From an uncultured Acidobacteriaceae bacterium (GTDB taxonomy: Bacteria > Acidobacteriota > Terriglobia > Terriglobales > Acidobacteriaceae), in NCBI GenBank assembly GCA_963775845.1, contig CAVZKN010000004.1, positions 216,865 through 280,864 on the forward strand: a stretch of DNA of 64,000 bases, read 5' to 3'. The notes under the pieces were generated by a model. It was not told the DNA's origin. It searched no databases and was given only the letters and a program-made list of their open reading frames with translations. The number at the start of each line of letters is the position of its first letter. Position 1 is the stretch's first letter. Positions 53,772-62,916 of this stretch are shown one piece after another. A program made the position numbers and the translations under genes.

Positions 53772-54218
53772 CTAATGTTCTTGCTGAATGTCGCCGGCCG
53801 CATCATCTGCCAACTTGCCTTCAACCCCATGCTTACGAACGGCAAAAAATTTATGTTTGCTCGCCGCGTCCACCGCCGCCACCAGATCGCGCGCGGCTTC
53901 CGATTTCACGACGTAACCTCGGGCTCCCGCATTCAGCGCTTCATGCATCATCTGTGCTGAATCGTGTTGGGTCACAAACAAAACCTCCGGTCCTGAGACG
54001 CTCTTGCGGATGCGTCGGCAAGCCTCCAACCCATCCATCCTCGGCATGCTGACGTCGAGAACGATCACATCCGGCCGCAACCGGTCGGCCTTTTCCACCG
54101 CCTCCATCCCGTCTCCCGCTTCGTCGATAATCTCCCACTCCGGGCGGCTGCCCAGCAGAGTCCGCAACCCATGTCTTACTACTGGATGGTCATCCACCAC
54201 CAGAACGCGTACGGTCAT
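53772..54218 (-). CDS. Stand-alone receiver (CheY-like) protein
   Basis: VRVLVVDDHPVV...DVIVLDVSMPRMDG, with no output domain. Confidence 0.85.
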   Translation of the reverse strand: MTVRVLVVDDHPVVRHGLRTLLGSRPEWEIIDEAGDGMEAVEKADRLRPDVIVLDVSMPRMDGLEACRRIRKSVSGPEVLFVTQHDSAQMMHEALNAGARGYVVKSEAARDLVAAVDAASKHKFFAVRKHGVEGKLADDAAGDIQQEH

Positions 54219-54360
54219 AGTTGACGCGGGCCAATGCTGACTGCAGAGAATTCACTTTTTCATCGCAACCATTACCCTCTCTGCCAAGCTTTTCTTCTGC
54301 CCTAACCTCCCCGCAACGGCTCAATCACGCCTGAATTGTTCTTTTTACTCTTTGTACTTT

Positions 54361-55788
54361 TCAAATCGTCGCCGCGGCTGGTATGGCGACTTGCACCATC
54401 GTGCCACGCGCATCCGATTCAATCCGCAGATTGCCGCCCAACTCGTAGGCTCGCTCGCGGATACCAGCAAGCCCCACGCCCATTCCTAAACAACTCGTTT
54501 GGAAATCACCTAGCAACTCTTCCGTTATTCCCTGCCCATTATCCTTGACCGCCAGCACTACCAGTCCGTCCTCCAGCGCAACCTCCACCTGCGCTTCGGT
54601 GGCGCCAGAGTGCCGGTGCACGTTGGTCAGCGCCTCCTGCAGCACACGGAACAGCGCCAGTTCGACCGCGTCCGGCAAGCGTCCCAAATGGTCGGGAGCA
54701 TCAAGCGTAATCGCGATCCCGCTCCGCCGGCCAAAGCCCTCAACGTACCACCGCGCCGCCGAAGCAAATCCTGCCGCATCCATCGTAGGCGGATGCAGCA
54801 GATAAGACAGTGTTCTCACCTCCGCCATGCACCGATTCGTAAGCTGTTCCACCTCAACCCACAATTTTTCGTTATCCGGAGTATGCCTGAGCATGTCAAC
54901 GTTCAACTTCAACCCTACCAAATACTGTCCCAGGCTGTCGTGCAACTCCCGCGCAATCCGGCGGCGTTCCGTGTCCTGCAAGCGAAGCAAACGCGAAGAG
55001 AGCTGTCTCAATGCGGATGTGCGCTGTTCAACGATCGTTTCCAGTTGCGCCTGGGTACGCCGCAGCGCCTCTTCTACCTGTTTGCGCTCCGCCATTTCGG
55101 TCTCGAGCGCTTGCGCTTTGTGTTGCAGATAACTGACGCTTCGCAGACGCTCCTCGTAAGTCTCCAGCGTGGAGTAGCTTTCCACCGGAATCACCCGCGA
55201 GTGCTCCTGGCAGATTTTCAGGAACAGGTCCCCATGCGCCTCCCGGTTAAAGCCACTCATGGGATAAGCGCAACGCAGCGCCAGAGGGAACATTCGCGCG
55301 AGATTATTCCAAAGTTGTTCCAGCCGGATCGCGGCCTCGCCCTTGCCTTCCGCCCACAACAACGCAACCATCTCGCCGAACGCGGATACTCTACGGTTCT
55401 TTCCCTGCATTGCAGCCGCGCTCTGCCCTAGCACTGTCCCCACGACCTGTGTGAATAGAGTGGCATCCGGCCAGTCGTCTCGCATGAACTTGGTCAGCGT
55501 TTCAGCCGCGTCCAGAGCAATGTAGCGTCCCTGCTCACTGGCGCAAACCAGATTGAAACCGCGCGATTGCAATTTCTCAGCCACCGCCTCCCGGGTCGTC
55601 CCGGTGGCAATCACGACGGCGCTCCCGCCTGCGGCCAGATTGCTTCCGATAAAGCCGCCTAATTCCTCCGCCAGGAAAGCCGCATCTTTATAAAATTGCA
55701 CCGCATGGGCGTGTCCATCGACGTCGCTGCATTGCGGCAGCACCGCTGCCATCATGCCGTCATAATTTGGCATCGACGCGAGATTCAC
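54361..55788 (-). CDS. Cytoplasmic sensor histidine kinase: MEDS-like N-terminal domain plus HisKA_3 plus HATPase
   Basis: HAVQFYKDAAFL (MEDS hallmark), H-box ERRRIARELHDSLGQYL, the N/G boxes, and no TM segment. Confidence 0.8.
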   Translation of the reverse strand: MNLASMPNYDGMMAAVLPQCSDVDGHAHAVQFYKDAAFLAEELGGFIGSNLAAGGSAVVIATGTTREAVAEKLQSRGFNLVCASEQGRYIALDAAETLTKFMRDDWPDATLFTQVVGTVLGQSAAAMQGKNRRVSAFGEMVALLWAEGKGEAAIRLEQLWNNLARMFPLALRCAYPMSGFNREAHGDLFLKICQEHSRVIPVESYSTLETYEERLRSVSYLQHKAQALETEMAERKQVEEALRRTQAQLETIVEQRTSALRQLSSRLLRLQDTERRRIARELHDSLGQYLVGLKLNVDMLRHTPDNEKLWVEVEQLTNRCMAEVRTLSYLLHPPTMDAAGFASAARWYVEGFGRRSGIAITLDAPDHLGRLPDAVELALFRVLQEALTNVHRHSGATEAQVEVALEDGLVVLAVKDNGQGITEELLGDFQTSCLGMGVGLAGIRERAYELGGNLRIESDARGTMVQVAIPAAATI

Positions 55789-55956
55789 TTTATTTTCTCC
55801 GGAACCGCTTCATGCGATCGTTAGGATAGTGCGCGCGATTCACACTCGCTCGCGTTCCCTAAGTTAGTCTCTTGGCAGAGAAGAACAAATACAGGGAATC
55901 CTGTAACACCGGGAGGAAGATCTTGCGGGGAAATCTCGCGCGGCATCAACGAGCGG

Positions 55957-56253
55957 TCATTTGGGCGCCTTCCAGACGTAGAAGTTTTCTTCGTCTGACA
56001 ATGTTTGAACCCCCAGGCCTCGCGAAGTAGATGCGCGGTGGACCGCCGAGCGCAGATTCTCCAGTGTGGTGCCATCGACTTCGTTGAGCGGTATCTTGAG
56101 GGCCGCCCCCGCCGGCAACGATTCCAGATCCTGAAAGATGCCGCCCAGCAAATCATGATGCTTGCCGCGTCGCGTGCGCCGTATGTCCGCCAGAACCACG
56201 CGCTCGTACTTCAAAGGATTTTTTTGCGTTTTACCACCACCGTCTTTTGCCAT
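55957..56253 (-). CDS. Hypothetical small protein
   Basis: ATG at 56253 follows AGGTGA with 5-nt spacing. The listed start at 56283 is a TTG. I recognise no motif. Confidence 0.45.
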   Translation of the reverse strand: MAKDGGGKTQKNPLKYERVVLADIRRTRRGKHHDLLGGIFQDLESLPAGAALKIPLNEVDGTTLENLRSAVHRASTSRGLGVQTLSDEENFYVWKAPK

Positions 56254-56541
56254 ACTCATCACCTGCGATAACGTCGACGACAATTGTTTAATATAAATGT
56301 TTAAACGTTGTCAAGAAATATTTTAGCAATACGATAACGATTCTATATCAGTTCCTCGAAAACACCGTTGCCCCCTCGGATAACACTCCGCTGGAAATCC
56401 CTTTCTCCTTTGCTTTTTTTAGAGCGTTCGGTTTTCATATCTCAAGCGTGCGCTTCTTATATCTCGATTCGGCCGCAATATTGTCACCTTTTTTTAGTGG
56501 CCGGAGTACGCTTTATGAAGATGAGAAAGTTAGGTGACACC

Positions 56542-56805
56542 ATGTCTACGAGCCATCAGTGGCAAGAAATCTATCGCACCGCGCTCCTGGAAATTCGGCC
56601 GGAAGCGCTGCCGCAGCGTATTCACGACGCGGAACAGGCCATTTTAAAACGCATCGTTGAACTTCGCAGCCATGAGGCCAGAACCGAAGAGGAATTACGT
56701 TCCCTCGATGACGCTCTGCGCGGCCTGCGTGTACTGGCCCGCAGCGAATGCCAGATAGCGCAGCCCCCAGCGCCCAATCTCATGCCGAGCAGGGTGACCT
56801 CATGA
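56542..56805 (+). CDS. Small helical protein, W-x-E family member A
   Basis: AGGTGA lies 4 nt before the ATG. The N-terminus is MSTSHQWQEIYRTALLEIRPEALPQRIHDAEQAILKRIVEL. Confidence 0.6.
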   Translation: MSTSHQWQEIYRTALLEIRPEALPQRIHDAEQAILKRIVELRSHEARTEEELRSLDDALRGLRVLARSECQIAQPPAPNLMPSRVTS

Positions 56806-57053
56806 ATCACTTCCTGTTGTTGCCTCCAACGTTGCGTCCGACGTTACATTCATTGTTGCGTCCAAAATCCTGCCGAACGTCGCGGACGCCCTTGTGGCTG
56901 CGCCGGGAATTCGCGGGCAAGAGTCTGGATGCACAGTGGCGCGAATTCCGCAGCCATGCGACCATTGAAAATGACGCGAACAAGATGTTGCGCTTGGCCG
57001 CCGACATCGAGAGGCGCAGGCTCGACGCTGCGCGCTCCTGCATCGGCCACTAA
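56802..57053 (+). CDS. Possible small protein, W-x-E family member B (uncertain)
   Basis: ATGA overlap with member A, with AGGGTGA 4 nt upstream. The C-terminal half QWREFRSHATIENDANKMLRLAADIERRRLD matches the family. The N-terminal half looks unprotein-like and contains a 10-bp hairpin. Confidence 0.35.
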   Translation: MNHFLLLPPTLRPTLHSLLRPKSCRTSRTPLWLRREFAGKSLDAQWREFRSHATIENDANKMLRLAADIERRRLDAARSCIGH

Positions 57054-57092
57054 ACGCAACCAGGCTTGATCGCTGGTCCATTGCCCCCGACC

Positions 57093-58436
57093 ATGTCTCC
57101 GCGTAAAAAAGCTCAAGCAGCATTCGCCTCAGCCGTGCTGTTGCTGTTTCTGAGCGGAGTCGCTGCCTACGTCACCATCAACCGCCTCCTCAGCAGCGAG
57201 AAATCGGTCATTCATACTCTTGAAGTTCAGGCCGCCATTGGCGACGTCGATTCCGCTTTCGTCATGGCAGGGCGGGCACGCAGCGGTTACGTGATTTCAG
57301 GAAACGAAGATTTTCTACGGCAGTTTGAAGAAGCCGTACCCCAGATCGCCGGCAAGTTTCAGCGCCTGCGCTACCTGATTCGGGATAATCCCGGCCAGCT
57401 CGCGCTCAGCTCTCGTCTCGAAGAGGCGACGAACCACAGAGTTGCCCTGCTTCAACAATCGGTTGCGCTGAAAAAGCAGTCGCCCGGCGATCAGGCGGGA
57501 CAAGCTCAGTTCGACCGCCAAGGCCTGCCCCTCTCCTCGGAGATGACCTCTCTCCTGCAGCAAATGCGTTCCGGCGAACAAAGGCTCTTCGAGGTCCGTG
57601 GAGACCGAACCCATCACCTGTTTATTCTCACCGTTCTAATTCTGGTAGTTGCCTTCATTCTCGCTCTCGCACTGCTCGCCATTCACTATCGTCTGCTGAC
57701 CGCCGAACTCGAAGCTCGCGAGAAAGCGGAACGTTCTGCCCGTGAGAGCGAGAACTCGCTGCGCCGCCTCACCGGCCGCCTGCTCCATTTGCAGGATGCC
57801 GAGCGCCGCAAATTTTCCCGCGAACTTCACGACAGCCTCGGGCAATATCTGGCGGGCGTGAAAATGAATCTGGAGATGTTCAAGTCGCAACCTAGAGAAA
57901 TTCTGCTCGACGAAGCCGTTCAGCTTCTGGACCAATCGATCGCCGAAACGCGCACCATCTCCCACCTGCTGCATCCCCCGCTGCTCGACGAGGCTGGCCT
58001 TTCTTCCGCCGCAAAATGGTATCTCGAAGGATTCGCGCAACGCAGTGGTATCGAAGTAAAGGTCGATCTGCCCGAGGACGTGGGCCGCCTCTCCCGTCCC
58101 ATTGCGCTCGGACTCTTTCGCGCGCTGCAGGAGAGCCTGACCAACATTCATCGCCACGCCAACAGCAATAAAGCCGAAGTGACCGTCGAACTTCGTCCAC
58201 ATCAGGTGACTCTAAGAGTGAGAGACTTTGGGCGGGGAATCTCTCCCGCGCTCCTCGAAGAGTTTCAAACGAAGGGAACTAATTCTGGTGTGGGATTAGC
58301 GGGTATGCGCGAACGAATCCGTGAACTAGGCGGTCAGATCGATATCCAGGGATGTCGCCCCGGCACAATGATTACTGTGACCATGCCGCTGCATGAGGGC
58401 GCTGATGAAACCGCAGCGTCGGCAACGAACGCGTAG
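57093..58436 (+). CDS. Membrane sensor histidine kinase: CHASE3-like periplasmic domain plus HisKA_3 plus HATPase
   Basis: TM segment, then VIHTLEVQAAIGDV...GYVISGNEDFLRQFEEA (CHASE3-like), a second TM segment, and H-box ERRKFSRELHDSLGQYL. The listed TTG start is at 57066. Confidence 0.8.
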   Translation: MSPRKKAQAAFASAVLLLFLSGVAAYVTINRLLSSEKSVIHTLEVQAAIGDVDSAFVMAGRARSGYVISGNEDFLRQFEEAVPQIAGKFQRLRYLIRDNPGQLALSSRLEEATNHRVALLQQSVALKKQSPGDQAGQAQFDRQGLPLSSEMTSLLQQMRSGEQRLFEVRGDRTHHLFILTVLILVVAFILALALLAIHYRLLTAELEAREKAERSARESENSLRRLTGRLLHLQDAERRKFSRELHDSLGQYLAGVKMNLEMFKSQPREILLDEAVQLLDQSIAETRTISHLLHPPLLDEAGLSSAAKWYLEGFAQRSGIEVKVDLPEDVGRLSRPIALGLFRALQESLTNIHRHANSNKAEVTVELRPHQVTLRVRDFGRGISPALLEEFQTKGTNSGVGLAGMRERIRELGGQIDIQGCRPGTMITVTMPLHEGADETAASATNA

Positions 58437-58488
58437 CCCAACCGCCCAATGTCATCTTCCTTAGGTGCTCGTTCGGGCTCTTCCGCGC

Positions 58489-58899
58489 TCAGTTTCGGAA
58501 GTAGGTTTCTTCTCGCAACAGTGCTCCGATCCCAGCTACCAGCGAGCTGACGTCGGCTTTCTCACAGGTGCCGCGAATGCCTACCTTCCGCGCTTCCTCT
58601 GCAAGTTGCTTCGACACATAAAGCGTCACCAGCATGATCGGAGTTTGTGGCGACAGTCGACTCAGTGCCCGCGCCGTCTCCAAGCCGTTCATCTCGGGCA
58701 TTTGGAAATCCATCACGATTACGTCGGGGTGAATTGTTTCAAATCGATCCACTGCGTCGCGCCCATCGCGCGCCTCATCGCAAACTCGCCAGTGCTCGTG
58801 CTGCTCCAGAGCACCTCGAAGATACCGGCGCGCCGACGGGTTGTCGTCCACAACTAAGATACGAATATCTTTCACTTCCGACCGCAATAATGAATCCAT
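58489..58899 (-). CDS. Stand-alone receiver (CheY-like) protein
   Basis: IRILVVDDNPSARRYL...DVIVMDFQMPEMNG. The start is either the ATG at 58899 or the listed 58950. Confidence 0.8.
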   Translation of the reverse strand: MDSLLRSEVKDIRILVVDDNPSARRYLRGALEQHEHWRVCDEARDGRDAVDRFETIHPDVIVMDFQMPEMNGLETARALSRLSPQTPIMLVTLYVSKQLAEEARKVGIRGTCEKADVSSLVAGIGALLREETYFRN

Positions 58900-59229
58900 G
58901 AATCGCCCCTGTTGACTCCAACCATAACCCTGGCGCTCCCGTCGATCCATACAGCAATCGCTTTAAAAATGTGGAAGTTAGCTGATGGGGCATACAAAGC
59001 GGAAAGGTTCGACCGAATTTGCAGATTGAGTCTTTCCACCGTTCGGAGGGCGCCTCTCTTTCTTTGCTATTGCTTTCTTACCTACCCACAATGACTTTTT
59101 TGTGTTCGACACGGGTTATGTTGGAGCCCTCATTTGGCGCGCAACCGCGACTAATCAATAACATAGCGCAGTGGCATCCAACTTGCTTTCTCCGAGAGGT
59201 CATTCACCCCCACCCAAGGAGGAAATAGA

Positions 59230-59403
59230 ATGGCGGGAATCAGCGAAAATAACGGGCAGGGCTGGCGCGAGCTTTGTGCCGCCGCCGCTGTGGAACCTGA
59301 CGCGCAAAAACTGGCGTCGCTTGTCGATCAGATTCTCCAAGCATTCGACGAGCGCGACCGGGAAGTGTTTTCCCGGAGGCGCCCGCTCGAATGTTCCGAG
59401 TAG
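59230..59403 (+). CDS. Small helical protein, W-x-E family member C (57 aa; below the ORF-track cutoff)
   Basis: Strong SD AAGGAGGA (59216-59223) 6 nt before the ATG. The protein is MAGISENNGQGWRELCAAAAVEPDAQKLASLVDQILQAFDERDREVFSRRRPLECSE. Confidence 0.6.
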   Translation: MAGISENNGQGWRELCAAAAVEPDAQKLASLVDQILQAFDERDREVFSRRRPLECSE

Positions 59404-59427
59404 TAATGGAATGAACTTCTGCTCATC

Positions 59428-59580
59428 CTAGACGCGCCCCATCAAAACCAAGACCAGCACAATGATGAGCACCAGGCCCAGGCCGCCACTCGGGTAATAT
59501 CCCCAGCCGGAACTGTAAGGCCACGTCGGTAAAGCTCCGATGAGAAGCAGGACGAGGACGATCAGCAAAATCGTGTACAT
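59428..59580 (-). CDS. DUF3309-like small membrane protein (50 aa; below the ORF-track cutoff)
   Basis: The minus-strand translation is MYTILLIVLVLLLIGALPTWPYSSGWGYYPSGGLGLVLIIVLVLVLMGRV. AAGGAG lies 8 nt upstream. Confidence 0.7.
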   Translation of the reverse strand: MYTILLIVLVLLLIGALPTWPYSSGWGYYPSGGLGLVLIIVLVLVLMGRV

Positions 59581-59669
59581 GTTTTTCGCTCCTTTATCTA
59601 GTCAAAGTAACGGCTAAACAGTTAGAGCCAGGACTGGTTTGACCTGGCTCTATTGAAGCTACGTGCTAA

Positions 59670-60398
59670 CTATCGTTGCGGGTTCGTATTCTCAGCCTGA
59701 TCCCGGTTGTGAGTCGCGACTCTCCTCAGTACTGAGAGCAGCGGCTCGCTTCCTTCGGGCGCTGGAATCCTGCCGTGCAGAATTTCGTCGGCCGGCAACA
59801 TCTTGCCAAACAGGATGCGGGTTTCGTCCTTATCCTGCTTCACGACTGATCCCGAGAGATCAACGCCCGCAAAAAGACCGCGCGCCCGCGAGTAAGTCAA
59901 AATTTTGTCCTGCATGGCCACATCGGTATCCGCCGCCGTGTCTCGTCCTACCGGACCCGCTGCCGCGGATGCGTCCGCACCAACTTTGAAATGATCATTC
60001 ATCAGGTGTTCCATGCCCTGATGGCCCATGAATACGAGCACCAGGTCGATAGCCTGTCCGCCCAACTGCAAACCCCAACTCCCGCCGGTGATGTCAATCG
60101 GCAGCGGAGCGCTCCATCCATGTTCCGTGCGGCAGGTGGCCACGCCCTTGCCGTGTTCGCCGCCAAAACCGACCGCAATCTTCACCAGGGAAGGTATGAC
60201 CGCGATGCAGTTGGCGTTATCGATGATCTTGTCGGGGATGGCATGATCAGGGGTTGCCATCACTTCTGACAGCACGCTGGCGGATTTGTCGATGCGTTTC
60301 TGAATGTCGGATAGATCCTTGTCGTCCTTTGCCCAGGTTAGGCTGGCGACCAAAAGAACCATCGTGGTCAGCGTCAATAAATACTTCGTTGCCTTCAT
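59670..60398 (-). CDS. SYLF/Ysc84-like (DUF500) lipid-binding domain protein, secreted
   Basis: Signal MKATKYLLTLTTMVLLVASLTWA. CIAVIPSLVK..GFGGEHGKGV and GGSWGLQLGG blocks. Confidence 0.75.
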   Translation of the reverse strand: MKATKYLLTLTTMVLLVASLTWAKDDKDLSDIQKRIDKSASVLSEVMATPDHAIPDKIIDNANCIAVIPSLVKIAVGFGGEHGKGVATCRTEHGWSAPLPIDITGGSWGLQLGGQAIDLVLVFMGHQGMEHLMNDHFKVGADASAAAGPVGRDTAADTDVAMQDKILTYSRARGLFAGVDLSGSVVKQDKDETRILFGKMLPADEILHGRIPAPEGSEPLLSVLRRVATHNRDQAENTNPQR

Positions 60399-60543
60399 CT
60401 CAACCTCTTCTGTGCCCAATCTGAGCACCTGATTTAGCTATTCACTTTGAGAGTATTAGCGGACATCCGCTCGAACAATCCCGCAGACACCTTAGATCGT
60501 CCTCTGCTATGCCCTAGGTCTTGCGATGCCGCAGCTCTCTGAT

Positions 60544-61221
60544 CTAAGCCGCCAGCGGCACATCCCACTGGTTCCGCGGCGCTGCGTCGGGTCCGAAGAG
60601 TGGGGCCGGAGCGGACACACTCACGGGCTGCGTCTGCACCGTCTGCGTCAATATCTCTCGTATGCGCAACTTCGCCTTGTGCAATTGCGATTTCGAAGTT
60701 CCTACCGAACATCCCAGTAGTTTCGCAATTTCGCGATGCTGGTAGCCCTCCACTTCATGCAACAGGAAGATCGCCCGATAGCCATGTGGAAGCGCGCTGA
60801 TAGCACGCGCCAGCGCCAGTCGTGTGACCGATGTTTCCAGGCGCCCATCGCGGGTCCCATACTCCCGGCGGACTGGCTTCGTCCCAGACTGGTCAGTGAT
60901 GGTTTCGTCGAGAGAGACGCGGCACGGCGATTTTCGCCGAAAGTGCATCAGCACCGTATTCACCGCGATCCGGTACAGCCAGGTGGAGAGCGCGGAGTCG
61001 CCCCGAAATGTGTTCAGCTTACGGAATACCTGCACGAACGCGTCCTGCGCCAGGTCTTCCGCTTCCGCTACATTGTTCGTCATGCGCAGGCAGAGCGAAT
61101 ACACGCGCGTCTTGTGAGTATCGAAAAGAGTGGCAAAGGCATCGGAGTCGCCGCGTTGCGCGCGCTTGATTAAGTCGAAACCGATACGGTTGGAGGAGGC
61201 ACCTCTGCTTGGGCTGTTCAC
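60544..61221 (-). CDS. ECF-type RNA polymerase sigma-70 family factor
   Basis: Region 2 (EDLAQDAFVQVF) and region 4 (REIAKLLGCSVGTSKSQLHKAKLRIRE). GTG at 61221 sits 5 nt after AAGGAG. The listed start is 61296. Confidence 0.85.
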   Translation of the reverse strand: MNSPSRGASSNRIGFDLIKRAQRGDSDAFATLFDTHKTRVYSLCLRMTNNVAEAEDLAQDAFVQVFRKLNTFRGDSALSTWLYRIAVNTVLMHFRRKSPCRVSLDETITDQSGTKPVRREYGTRDGRLETSVTRLALARAISALPHGYRAIFLLHEVEGYQHREIAKLLGCSVGTSKSQLHKAKLRIREILTQTVQTQPVSVSAPAPLFGPDAAPRNQWDVPLAA

Positions 61222-61748
61222 TGATTCTCCTTTTTGCGAAGTTGCGAAGGGATATGCATGGCGTCGCAAAGGTAAGCGTTTACGATGAGAAGACAAACGA
61301 ATTCATAAAGCGGAGAATAAGGCCGCGACTCAGCCGTCAACTATCCGGTCATGTCCTTAGAGCTTTCGTTTTGTTGCTGTATGGCTTTGCCAGCGAGAGA
61401 CTGGTGTCGCAACCCGCCCGGCAATCTAAGTCGCAACCTCGACCTGAAGTCGCTACCTGGTCGCACTTCGCGGCCCCTACATGGAATCCCTAAAAAAAGT
61501 ACACGCTCGCTGGGATGTTGCCGCGCTGCGCTTGTGGCTACCCTGAAGACCATGTTTCAAATTTCTTCGTTTGTGCCTCCCCCCTATCGAGCAGGAGTCG
61601 ATTGATTGGCTCCTGCTCCTCGCCTCCTTTGTTGCTTCTTGCGACGTGAGAAAAGCTGATAAGCGGGGAGAACAAACCTGGGAAGGTGATCCATCGTCAA
61701 ATGGCCGTGTTAAGAATTTTCGCAACACCAATTTCCTGGAGGTCAACA

Positions 61749-62309
61749 ATGAAAGTAGAGTCTCTGCGTGATTTGTATCTGGAACAACTGCAAGATCTAT
61801 ATAACGCCGAACAGCAATTGATCAAAGCGCTCCCCAAGATGGCCAAGGCCGCCAACTCCGAAGACCTGAAAGCCGCATTCGAGGAGCACTTGGAGAAGAC
61901 CCGCGGCCATGCCCAGCGCATCGAAACCATCTGCGAGCAGATGAGCGAGAAGCCTACTGGCAAAAAATGTAAAGCCATGGAAGGTCTGGTCAAGGAAGGC
62001 AGCGAAGTCATCGACGAAGATATGGTGGAAGGAATAAAGGATGCCGCCCTGATCGCCGCCGCGCAACGCGTAGAGCACTACGAGATTGCCGGCTATGGCT
62101 GCGTCCGCGCTTACGCGACGAAGTTGGGCGACACCGAGGCTGCCAATCTTCTCGAGCAGACACTGCAAGAAGAGAAAGAAGCCGACGAGACGCTCAATGG
62201 AATTGCGGAGCAACTGAATTTGGAAGAGGGCAGACTCGAAGGGCGTGACGAAGAGAGCGCGCCTGCAAGGCGCTCTACGAAGACGTCGACTCGCAAATCG
62301 GCCGCATAA
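61749..62309 (+). CDS. Ferritin-like YciE/YciF (DUF892) family protein
   Basis: MKVESLRDLYLEQLQDLYNAEQQLIKALPKMA, plus GGAGG SD. The C-terminal tail is charged. Confidence 0.8.
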   Translation: MKVESLRDLYLEQLQDLYNAEQQLIKALPKMAKAANSEDLKAAFEEHLEKTRGHAQRIETICEQMSEKPTGKKCKAMEGLVKEGSEVIDEDMVEGIKDAALIAAAQRVEHYEIAGYGCVRAYATKLGDTEAANLLEQTLQEEKEADETLNGIAEQLNLEEGRLEGRDEESAPARRSTKTSTRKSAA

Positions 62310-62338
62310 GTCATCTGCGATCGCAACTTCTATCGACT

Positions 62339-62373
62339 CAGGGGCGGCTCAGACAATGTATGGTCCGCCCCTG
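62339..62373 (+). terminator. Hairpin after the yciE-like gene (possible terminator)
   Basis: CAGGGGCGG, a 17-nt loop, then CCGCCCCTG. No clear T-tract follows. Confidence 0.35.
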
Positions 62374-62524
62374 ACATCATTCTAGTGTCGTTACTTCTGC
62401 GGTTCACCCTTCAGGTGCGGCTCTATCAGAACTAAGCTGTTCACAAAAATGTTTCAGTGGATGACTGTATTGTTCCAGTCTCCCGCATGTTCTCTAATGG
62501 GCACATTGAAAGGGCAGCCTTCCT

Positions 62525-62821
62525 ATGACAAACAAGACAGTTCCTCTGATCACATCCGAACCTGTTTCTACGAAAGATCTCGCAAATGTCTTTGAACAAT
62601 CGGTCGCGATCATGTGTGAAGACAAAGATACGATAGCCCGCAATCCGAAAAAAAGCCGTCTGCGGCGGGCCTCCTTGCCTTTGCACATCGACCCCGTCGA
62701 TCTTCAGAAGCGCGCCATGGACAACGCAGCGAAAGCCTTGACCGCTTTATGGAAAATTTCCAAGCCAGGACGCCCCAAAGCTCCCCGGCCAGTCATGGTC
62801 CCGCACCGGCAGATTTCCTGA
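62525..62821 (+). CDS. Hypothetical protein (weak call)
   Basis: A 98-aa ORF with no clear SD, a lower-GC look and no motif. Confidence 0.3.
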   Translation: MTNKTVPLITSEPVSTKDLANVFEQSVAIMCEDKDTIARNPKKSRLRRASLPLHIDPVDLQKRAMDNAAKALTALWKISKPGRPKAPRPVMVPHRQIS

Positions 62822-62916
62822 TCAACTAGCCCGTACCACAACGTGATGTATGCAACGAAGTTCCGCCCGCGACAATTCGTTTCCGTCGGCGCAACCAATT
62901 CACCAAGGAGTGCTGA

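Noticed and set aside
59171-59431. The listed 86-aa ORF.
   Set aside because: A different frame holds a 57-aa ORF (59230-59403) with a strong AAGGAGGA SD and similarity to two neighbouring small ORFs. The 86-aa frame has neither feature.
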